In this document: piece by piece, positions 57,076 through 64,000 of the stretch
Numbering within the stretch: position 1 is the first letter of the stretch
Layout of the letters: each line of letters opens with the position of its first letter
NCBI GenBank assembly: GCA_948735595.1
Contig: CAPXSA010000012.1
Span: 446-64,445 of the forward strand
Length of the DNA: 64,000 bases
Reading direction: 5' to 3'
From: an uncultured Clostridia bacterium
Lineage (GTDB): Bacteria > Bacillota > Clostridia > TANB77 > CAG-508
Notes under the pieces: generated by a model
Told to the model about the DNA's origin: nothing
The model's database searches: none
What the model saw: the letters and a program-made list of their open reading frames with translations, nothing else
Program-made: the position numbers and the translations under genes

Positions 57076-57243
57076 TTATTTATTTTTTAGAGCATAATCA
57101 ATGCATCTAATAATTAAAGTATTAACACTAATATTTTCATTTTGAGCAATACTAGCAAGTTCCTCTTTTTGTTTATGTGTTAACCTTAATGTAATCCTTT
57201 CTATTTCATTATCTGCATATGCTTGAGCATCAAACTTTTCCAT
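57076..57243 (-). CDS. Ribbon-helix-helix (Arc/CopG-like) protein, 55 aa
   Basis: Hand-read: MEKFDAQAYADNEIERITLRLTHKQKEELASIAQNENISVNTLIIRCIDYALKNK. Paralog of 40756-40947. Confidence 0.6.
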   Translation of the reverse strand: MEKFDAQAYADNEIERITLRLTHKQKEELASIAQNENISVNTLIIRCIDYALKNK

Positions 57244-57297
57244 AATGAAATTCCCTCCTATTATTTTTCTTCATTATAGGACAAATAATGTTATAAA

Positions 57298-57358
57298 GTA
57301 TGACATTATTTTATATGACGTCATATAGCTTGACATCACACGAAAGATATAGTATACT
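57298..57358 (+). promoter_or_regulatory. Divergent promoter/operator: 14-bp palindrome ATATGACGTCATAT, then TTGACA-17-TATACT
   Basis: Palindrome at 57313-57326. TTGACA at 57330-57335. TGACATCACA is shared with 41018-41027 upstream of the paralogous module. Confidence 0.5.
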
Positions 57359-57413
57359 TAAAAAGCAAAACATTAATGCAAAGAAAAGAGAAGTGTAAAA
57401 GGAGGAAACAAAT

Positions 57414-57566
57414 ATGAAACAAGAAAAGGAAAACTTAATACGAAAGATAGTTATAATACTAGTAGTCATTGTAGCAATACTTGCAATAGTAGGACTATTT
57501 TTTGCACCAATAAGAGATATTCTTATAAAAGGTGGCTTAACTAGTATCGTACAATTATTTAAATAG
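57414..57566 (+). CDS. 50-aa single-TM peptide
   Basis: MKQEKENLIRKIVIILVVIVAILAIVGLFF... resembles the N-terminus of the 41069 ORF. RBS AAGGAGG. Confidence 0.45.
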   Translation: MKQEKENLIRKIVIILVVIVAILAIVGLFFAPIRDILIKGGLTSIVQLFK

Positions 57567-57605
57567 ATAAGAAATAAGACGTATACCAAAAAGGGGAAGC
57601 AAAAT

Positions 57606-58193
57606 ATGAATAAAATAAAAGCGTTATTCACAAGCCCAAAGAAGACAGCTATATTAGGACTAATTGGAAGCATTATTTTATTTGCTATTTATGGATATTA
57701 TTGCTTTTTAAATATTTTTTATTTACAATATTATAATTCGCTTTTCTATATAGCTAGCCAATTTATATCATATTTACCAGTTATCAGTATATTAATATAT
57801 TTTATTATAGTTCTTCTTCGAATGTATTACAAAAAAGGAAATATTAAGTTAGCTAATAACTTATTAATTGTTAGTTTCATTCTACAGTCAATATGGATAG
57901 TGTTTAATATGGTATTGGTATATATAGTATCAAATAATATTATATATCTACTCTATGATATACCTCACTTATTATTAGGAATTACTAATACATTATTTTT
58001 CTTTCGCATTTTTAAAAAGAAGAAAAATTTTGTAAATAATAAAGTTTATACAATTGCAATGATATTATATAGTATTTATTGTGTCTTTACAGGAAGTTCA
58101 TTTTTATTATTAATACGACATTTATGTATATTATCAAAAATACCCTATTTTTATAATTATGATAAACTATTAGGAGGAAATAAAAATGATTAG
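57606..58193 (+). CDS. Polytopic membrane protein, unknown function
   Basis: Five or six hydrophobic segments. No motif recognised. Confidence 0.55.
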   Translation: MNKIKALFTSPKKTAILGLIGSIILFAIYGYYCFLNIFYLQYYNSLFYIASQFISYLPVISILIYFIIVLLRMYYKKGNIKLANNLLIVSFILQSIWIVFNMVLVYIVSNNIIYLLYDIPHLLLGITNTLFFFRIFKKKKNFVNNKVYTIAMILYSIYCVFTGSSFLLLIRHLCILSKIPYFYNYDKLLGGNKND

Positions 58194-58848
58194 TAAAGAC
58201 GAATTAGTCGCAATGGGAATTGCTTTAACAGATGAAGACACTAATCTACCGCAAGCCAATACAAAAGAAATTACTTCAAAAATATGTATCAAATGCAAAC
58301 TTAATATTGACAATGACTCAAAATTTTGTGTAAATTGCGGAGCAGAACAACCGATTTATCAAGTTTATGGAAACATGGGAACTACTTTAATAGTTTATGA
58401 AAATCGTTGTATTATTTCTACTACTTCTACTGGCAAAGCATTTATGTTCGGTGGGTTAATGAAGGCTACAAGAGGAGATAAAGAAATATATTATTCTGAC
58501 ATAACTTCAGTTCAATTTAAAAATTTAGAAACAACAACAGGATTTATACAATTTGAATATCCTGGTTCTCAAAGTGGCAATAATTATACTAGTGAAAATA
58601 GTTTTATTTTTAGCGCCACAATAGGAACAAATAGATATCGTGAATTACAAAGAATTATGCCTCCAATATATGAATATATACAAAAAAGAATAAGAGTATA
58701 TAAGGAAAATAAAAATAGTACAGCTACAATAATAAAACAAGATTTATCATCAGCAGATGAAATAAAAAAATTTAAAGATTTATTAGATGCAGGAATTATA
58801 TCACAAGAAGAATTTGATGCAAAGAAAAAGCAATTGCTAGGATTGTAA
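58186..58848 (+). CDS. Zinc-ribbon / PH-like / SHOCT-domain protein
   Basis: CIKCKLNIDNDSKFCVNCGAEQ. C-terminal DEIKKFKDLLDAGIISQEEFDAKKKQLLGL (SHOCT-like). Confidence 0.6.
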   Translation: MISKDELVAMGIALTDEDTNLPQANTKEITSKICIKCKLNIDNDSKFCVNCGAEQPIYQVYGNMGTTLIVYENRCIISTTSTGKAFMFGGLMKATRGDKEIYYSDITSVQFKNLETTTGFIQFEYPGSQSGNNYTSENSFIFSATIGTNRYRELQRIMPPIYEYIQKRIRVYKENKNSTATIIKQDLSSADEIKKFKDLLDAGIISQEEFDAKKKQLLGL

Positions 58849-58867
58849 TAAAATAATACCAATATTG

Positions 58868-58906
58868 AAACTCTTTCTACAATATACAAAATGTAGAAAG
58901 AGTTTT
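58868..58906 (+). terminator. Rho-independent terminator
   Basis: 14-bp perfect stem AAACTCTTTCTACA / TGTAGAAAGAGTTT. Confidence 0.75.
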
Positions 58907-59075
58907 AGTATGTAAAAATAAATATTATTCCAACAAATTTCTTGCAATTTCGCCGAAAGAAAATTATAATAAGAATATCAAAAAAGAGAAAAACCTGAAA
59001 TCAAAAAGCAAATTAACAATTTCTAAATGCTAAAAGCATTTAAGAAATTGTAGCATTTGCATAACCATCTTCTAC

Positions 59076-59117
59076 GGAAATTATAACAAATTGTTTGAAT
59101 AATTTGTTATAATTTCC
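59076..59117. promoter_or_regulatory. 17-bp perfect inverted repeat GGAAATTATAACAAATT-N8-AATTTGTTATAATTTCC upstream of the nrdD-like gene
   Basis: Read directly. The right arm contains TATAAT, 30 nt before the TTG start. Confidence 0.6.
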
Positions 59118-59148
59118 TAGAATATAGAAAAGTAAGGGGAAATGAGAT

Positions 59149-61329
59149 TTGCAAGTAATAAAAAGAGATGGAAGAGTAGTTGAATTTAATATAGAAAGAA
59201 TTGTAAAAGCAGTAACACTCGCTATGGCACAAACACCAGAAGGAATAGACATAGAATTAGCAAATAAAATAGCTACATCTGTACAAAAACAATTTGAAGA
59301 TAAGCCACAAACCACGGTTTATGAAATACAAGATGCCGTAGAAAAAAAGCTAATGGCATCTGCTAGAAAAGAAGTAGCACAAAGTTATATTACCTATCGC
59401 TATAACCGAGATATAGCAAGGAAATCCAAAACAAAAGAAGTATTTTTAGATATCATTAGTGCCAAAGCCAATGAAGGCAATAAAGAAACTTTTAGTAGGA
59501 ATACCGATACCCCTACTGGCATGATGATGAAATTCGCATCAGAAACAACAAAGCCATTTGTAGATGACTTTTTATTATCCCGTGAAGCAAGAGAAGCAGT
59601 CAAAAATAACTACATTTTTGTTCATGACGAGGACTATTATCCAACCAAATCATTAACTTGCTTGCAACATCCCTTAAACAAAATATTAGAAAATGGATTT
59701 AATATAGGAACTAGCAGTTCAAGACCCGCACAAAGAATTGAGGCAGCATGTGCGCTAGCTTTTATCACTATGGGCATTGTTCAAAATGAAATGCATGGTG
59801 GACAAGCAATACCAACATTTGACTACTATTTAGCACCCTATGTTAAAATGACTTTCCGTGAAGAAGTAGAAAAAATTGCTGACTTATTAAGAAAAGACTT
59901 ATCAAGCCTATTAGACTATCAGCCAACAGAATATCTATCGAAAGACTTAAACACTCTAGTTGGAAATGATCGAGATTTACAAGCGGCCATTAATAATACA
60001 GTATTTCGTGTGCACCAAGCAATAGAAGGTTTTATCCATAATATGAACACTATCCATTCAAAAGGCGGAAATCAAGTGGTAGATAGTAGTATCAATTATG
60101 GAACAGATACTTCACCAGAAGGAAGATGTATCATTAGAGAATTACTACTTTCTACGGAGCAAGGAATAGGAAATCAAGAAACACCAACTTATCCAACGCA
60201 AATTTGGAAAAAGAAAAGGGGAATCAATTATTTACCGGGAGACAAAAATTATGATTTATACCAGTTAGCCTGCCAAGTCGCAAGTAAACGATATATGCCA
60301 AACTTTTTAAATTTAGATGCAAGCTTTAACCAAAATGAAAAATGGCAGGAAAAAGACAATAACCGCTATCAATATGAATGTGCAGTCATGAGAGGGAGAA
60401 CAAGAATATTTGAAAATAGATATGGAGAAAAAACAACGATAGGAAGAGGAAACCTCTCTTATACTACGATCAACCTACCAAAAATTGCAATCAAGTCTGC
60501 TATGGAAGCACAAGAAAAACTGGGAGTTTCTTTTGAATTAGGCAAAGGTTCAGAAAAAGAAATGACAGCACTTTATCGAAAAACAGTCAATAAAATATTT
60601 ATGCAAAAATTAGAGCAATATGCTGAAATAGTAGGAAAGCAATTATATGATAGATACAATTTCCAATGTACAGCCATTGCCAAGCAATTTCCTCTTCTCA
60701 TGTCAGGACTTTGGATAGAAAGTGAGAAGTTAAAGTCATTTGATAAAGTAGAAACAGTATTAAAACATGGGACTTTAAGTATAGGATATACAGGGCTAGC
60801 AGAATGTTTAACTATCTTAACAGGAAAAAATCATGGAGAAACTGAGGAAGCGCAAACTCTAGGAATAGAATTAGTAAGCGACTTAGAAGAGATAGCAATG
60901 CAGCTTTCTGAGCGATATAATTTGAACTTTAATATTTTAGCAACATCTAATCCAAAACTAGAAGAGAGATTTTTGAGAAAAGACCAAAGCAAATTTGGAA
61001 TAATTGCAGGGGTAACTGATAAAGATTCCTATACCAATGGAAACTCTTTGCCAACAGAATATCAAGGAACCGTAGAAGAAAAAGCAAAAATAGAAGGACC
61101 CTATCATAAATTAACGAAAGGTGGAAATAAGTTCTGGGCAGAAATGAAAGCAGAGGAAATTGAAAAGCCAGAAAGTTTGCAAAAATTGACCAATCTAATA
61201 GAAAAATATGATATAGGATATACCAGTTTTCGAATAAAGAGATCAAAATGTTTACAATGTGGATATGAAAGCACAGGGAAAGGTTTAAAAAACTGTCCAA
61301 ATTGTGGAAGAGTTTTTGATATAGAATAA
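59149..61329 (+). CDS. Class III (NrdD-like) ribonucleoside-triphosphate reductase homolog with ATP-cone; no glycyl-radical tail seen
   Basis: ATP-cone VIKRDGRVVEFNIERIVKAV. GRGNLSYTTINLPKIAI. C-terminal CLQCG...CPNCG zinc ribbon. The ORF stops 7 aa after the ribbon. Confidence 0.65.
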   Translation: MQVIKRDGRVVEFNIERIVKAVTLAMAQTPEGIDIELANKIATSVQKQFEDKPQTTVYEIQDAVEKKLMASARKEVAQSYITYRYNRDIARKSKTKEVFLDIISAKANEGNKETFSRNTDTPTGMMMKFASETTKPFVDDFLLSREAREAVKNNYIFVHDEDYYPTKSLTCLQHPLNKILENGFNIGTSSSRPAQRIEAACALAFITMGIVQNEMHGGQAIPTFDYYLAPYVKMTFREEVEKIADLLRKDLSSLLDYQPTEYLSKDLNTLVGNDRDLQAAINNTVFRVHQAIEGFIHNMNTIHSKGGNQVVDSSINYGTDTSPEGRCIIRELLLSTEQGIGNQETPTYPTQIWKKKRGINYLPGDKNYDLYQLACQVASKRYMPNFLNLDASFNQNEKWQEKDNNRYQYECAVMRGRTRIFENRYGEKTTIGRGNLSYTTINLPKIAIKSAMEAQEKLGVSFELGKGSEKEMTALYRKTVNKIFMQKLEQYAEIVGKQLYDRYNFQCTAIAKQFPLLMSGLWIESEKLKSFDKVETVLKHGTLSIGYTGLAECLTILTGKNHGETEEAQTLGIELVSDLEEIAMQLSERYNLNFNILATSNPKLEERFLRKDQSKFGIIAGVTDKDSYTNGNSLPTEYQGTVEEKAKIEGPYHKLTKGGNKFWAEMKAEEIEKPESLQKLTNLIEKYDIGYTSFRIKRSKCLQCGYESTGKGLKNCPNCGRVFDIE

Positions 61330-61344
61330 GGGGAGGAAGAAAAC

Positions 61345-62292
61345 ATGAACCAAATCAAAATTTTTGCTTGTCCAACAGCCAAGGAATTTACAAGAGAAGT
61401 TTGCGAAAGCTTAGGAATATCAATGGGTGAGGTAGAGTGTTATAAATTCGCAAATGACAATAACTTTGTGCAATACAAAGAAACAGTAAGAGAGCAAGAC
61501 ATTTACTTAATTCAAACTACACAGCCACCAGTGAATGAAAGAATTATGGAACTACTCATCATGGTAGATGCTGCTAAAAGAGCATCAGCAGGAAGAATTA
61601 ATGTAGTACTACCATATTTTATCTATTCTAGGTCGGACAAAAAAGACCAACCACGTGTACCAGTAACAGCAAGACTATTTGCAGAATTATTAGAAGCAGC
61701 AGGAGTGGATAGAGTTATCACATGTGACTTACATAACCCTGCTATTCAAGCCTATTTCAATATTCCTTGTGACCGTTTAACAGGACAACATTTATTGCAA
61801 TCTTACTTTGACGCTAAAAATATTGAAAACAAAGTTGTTATTGCAACAGATGCGGGGAGTTCTAAAAAGGCATATAAATACTCTACCTATTTCAAATGTC
61901 CAATGGCTTTAATTGATAAAAGAAGATCTGGAAATGATGATAAAGCAGTTGCAGCAAATATTATAGGAGAAGTAAAAGGACAAACTGCTCTCATTTTTGA
62001 TGACGAAGTTAGCACAGCAGGAACTATGGTAGAAGCAGCTAGAATCTTACAAGAAAATGGAGCAAAAGAAATTTACGCAGCATGTACCCATGGAATCTTA
62101 TGTGGACCAGCAATTGATAGAATTGCAAATTCACCAATTAAAGAGTTAATTGTAACTAATACAGTACCATTAACAGGAGAAAAAAAGATAGACAAAATAA
62201 AGGTATTGTCCATTGCTCCACTATTTGCAGAAGCAATTAAGAGAGTACATGAAGCCAAGCCTTTAGGAGATTTATTTGAATTTGACAAATAA
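61345..62292 (+). CDS. prs: Ribose-phosphate pyrophosphokinase
   Basis: ...YARSDKK-type motif (YFIYSRSDKKDQPR), DLHNPAIQAYF, FDDEVSTAGT. Confidence 0.9.
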   Translation: MNQIKIFACPTAKEFTREVCESLGISMGEVECYKFANDNNFVQYKETVREQDIYLIQTTQPPVNERIMELLIMVDAAKRASAGRINVVLPYFIYSRSDKKDQPRVPVTARLFAELLEAAGVDRVITCDLHNPAIQAYFNIPCDRLTGQHLLQSYFDAKNIENKVVIATDAGSSKKAYKYSTYFKCPMALIDKRRSGNDDKAVAANIIGEVKGQTALIFDDEVSTAGTMVEAARILQENGAKEIYAACTHGILCGPAIDRIANSPIKELIVTNTVPLTGEKKIDKIKVLSIAPLFAEAIKRVHEAKPLGDLFEFDK

Positions 62293-62423
62293 ACCTTGAA
62301 ATCTATTGACAAACTCTACTTAGAAATGTATAATATATGTCGTACAGAGGCTTATAGATACTTTGCACAACAAGAAAATCCCACACGTAAGAGTGTAATT
62401 ACTGAAGGGAGGGGAATAAAATT

Positions 62424-62594
62424 ATGTCAGAAGTTAAAGTAAATAATGGAAATATAGAAGATGCCTTAAAAAGATTTAAGAGACAATGCGCAAGAAATGG
62501 AGTATTACAAGAAGTTAGAAAAAGAGAACATTATGAAAAACCAAGCGTAAAGAGAAAAAAGAAATCAGAGGCAGCTAGAAAAAGAAAATTCTAA
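62424..62594 (+). CDS. rpsU: 30S ribosomal protein S21
   Basis: Hand-read 56 aa: [56 protein letters not shown]. Confidence 0.9.
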   Translation: MSEVKVNNGNIEDALKRFKRQCARNGVLQEVRKREHYEKPSVKRKKKSEAARKRKF

Positions 62595-62664
62595 GAAAAA
62601 ATGGGAGGGTTGAAAGTTAAGTAAATAATTTTCAACCCTTTTTTGAAGAAAAGGAGAGATGAGT

Positions 62665-63105
62665 ATGCTAAAAGAAAAACTATTAGAAGATTTAAAAGAA
62701 TCTATGAAAGACAAAAATGTAACTCGCAAAAATGTAGTACAGATGGTAAGAGCAGCAGTGTTGCAAGTGGAAAAAGATAAACAAATAGAAGTAACAGATG
62801 AGCAAATTGTAGAAATTATTGCAAAAGAAGCCAAGAAAAGAAAAGACTCAATTGCAGATTATGAAAAGAGTAGAAGGCAAGATTTACTAGACCAAATCCA
62901 TGAAGAGATTAGTATTTTAGAAGAATATTTACCAGAACAATTATCTATAGAAGAAGTAGAAGCAAAAGTAAAAGAAATTATTACAGAACTTGGCGCAAGT
63001 TCTATGAAAGAAATGGGAATGGTTATGAAAACCGCAAAAGAAAGATTAGGAGCATCTGCTGATGGGAAGACAATTAATGATGCAGCTAAAAAACTATTAA
63101 GCTAA
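62665..63105 (+). CDS. yqeY: GatB/YqeY-domain protein
   Basis: MLKEKLLEDLKESMKDKN...VTDEQIVEIIAKEAKKRKDSI...MGMVMK. Follows rpsU as in many Firmicutes. Confidence 0.85.
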   Translation: MLKEKLLEDLKESMKDKNVTRKNVVQMVRAAVLQVEKDKQIEVTDEQIVEIIAKEAKKRKDSIADYEKSRRQDLLDQIHEEISILEEYLPEQLSIEEVEAKVKEIITELGASSMKEMGMVMKTAKERLGASADGKTINDAAKKLLS

Positions 63106-63127
63106 AATAAGAAAATAGATAAAAATG

Positions 63128-63160
63128 AAGCTTTAGATTTAAGAAAGTCTAGAGCTTTTT
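63128..63160 (+). terminator. Rho-independent terminator
   Basis: AAGCTTTAGA...TCTAGAGCTT (9/10 bp) followed by TTT. Confidence 0.6.
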
Positions 63161-63304
63161 ATATATTAAAAATCACACAAATTTATCAAACTTTTTCACA
63201 AATCACCTTGTATAAATTCACGAAAATAGATTATAATGTAAATATGCGTTAGTAAAATTAGACATTTCAGCGCATAAATGCACAAAAAGAAAAGAGGAAC
63301 CAAC

Positions 63305-64000
63305 ATGAATTATCAAAAACAAGAAATCAAGCAAGGAATTACCCTTCATCAAATTCATACAGAAAATTTCAAAACAAACTTATATGCCATTTTTCTAGCC
63401 ATTCCGCTAAAAAAAGAAACAGTCACTTTAGATGCTTTAATAGGTGCAGTATTAAGAAGAGGAACACAAGAATTCCAAACCCAAGAAGCAATTAGTAAAG
63501 AATTAGAAGGTATGTATGGGGCTAGTTTCAATTGTGGAATTGAAAAAACAGGCGATAACCATATTTTAAAATTTTACTTAGAAACCCTAAGCGAAGAATT
63601 TTTACCAGAGCCAGAAAAATTAAACGAAAAATGCTTGTCAATTCTATTTGATATTGCTTTCAATCCTTTAACTGTAAATGGAGCCTTCAAACCAGAGTAT
63701 GTAGAAGGTGAAAAAAAGAATTTAAAGCAAATTATTGAATCAAAAATAGATAATAAAGCAAAATATGCATACGATAGATGTATTGAAGAAATGTATAAAA
63801 ATGAGCCATATGGCTTATATAAATTTGGCTATATAGAAGATGTCGATGCTATTACTCCAGAGAACTTATATCAACATTATCAAAGATTACTTGCAGAATG
63901 CAAAATTGATATTTTCTGTTCAGGAAGACTAGACGAACTAGAAACCATAAAAAGAATAAAAGAAAATGAGAATATTCAAAAATTACAAGAAAGAAAACCA
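63305..64000 (+). CDS. M16 (pitrilysin/insulinase-like) peptidase family protein, 5' part only (runs off the window)
   Basis: Open frame from the ATG at 63305 to the window end. ...LHQIHTENFKTNLYAIF...LRRGT...YAYDRCIEEMY... Confidence 0.6.
   Translation, partial: MNYQKQEIKQGITLHQIHTENFKTNLYAIFLAIPLKKETVTLDALIGAVLRRGTQEFQTQEAISKELEGMYGASFNCGIEKTGDNHILKFYLETLSEEFLPEPEKLNEKCLSILFDIAFNPLTVNGAFKPEYVEGEKKNLKQIIESKIDNKAKYAYDRCIEEMYKNEPYGLYKFGYIEDVDAITPENLYQHYQRLLAECKIDIFCSGRLDELETIKRIKENENIQKLQERKP

Overview
AT-rich (about 70% A+T by eye) chromosomal segment from a low-GC Firmicute (Clostridia/Tissierellia-like). All calls come from reading the sequence and ORF translations; no searches were run.

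Layout:
(1) nt 50-26140: a composite integrative mobilizable island. It is bounded by 40-nt perfect direct repeats that carry the 3' end of an initiator-tRNA-Met. An internal third att remnant at 21831 indicates tandem accretion. The backbone is int, xis, replisome organizer, DnaC-like ATPase and relaxase. The cargo is a type I R-M operon with an embedded PIN-like gene, an IetAS-like ATPase/S8-protease pair plus membrane ORFs, a Fic-wHTH gene, a TIR-domain gene, TnpV, a DUF4143-type ATPase and a membrane-anchored MBL hydrolase.
(2) nt 26.1-37.8 kb: a second defence island with no recombinase. It holds two m5C methyltransferases plus an HNH endonuclease, a disrupted ApeA-like HEPN gene, MazG, a frameshifted GIY-YIG/DUF2075 gene, and an Upf1-like SF1 helicase-DUF2726 nuclease fusion paired with a SprT-like protease.
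(3) Core genes comM (three frameshifts), dprA and yraN.
(4) A complete type I-B CRISPR-Cas locus (cas6-cas8b-cas7-cas5-cas3-cas4-cas1-cas2) with a 4-repeat array. A second 9-repeat array lies 5 kb downstream behind a duplicated leader. cysK, a GH25/LysM lysozyme and an ABC transporter sit between the arrays.
(5) An RHH/membrane-protein module, an NrdD-like gene lacking an obvious glycyl-radical tail, prs, rpsU, yqeY and a partial M16 peptidase.

Most notable observations:
- Five +1 frameshifts share the form XXX-CGG-N (an extra C in front of a Gly codon). They occur in comM (three), cas6 and an ABC permease.
- Two A6-tract frameshifts occur in defence genes.
- Candidate new defence modules: the PIN-like gene inside the type I R-M operon, Fic-wHTH plus TIR, and helicase-nuclease plus SprT.
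- 11-bp-phased TGGGGACA repeats mark the element ends.
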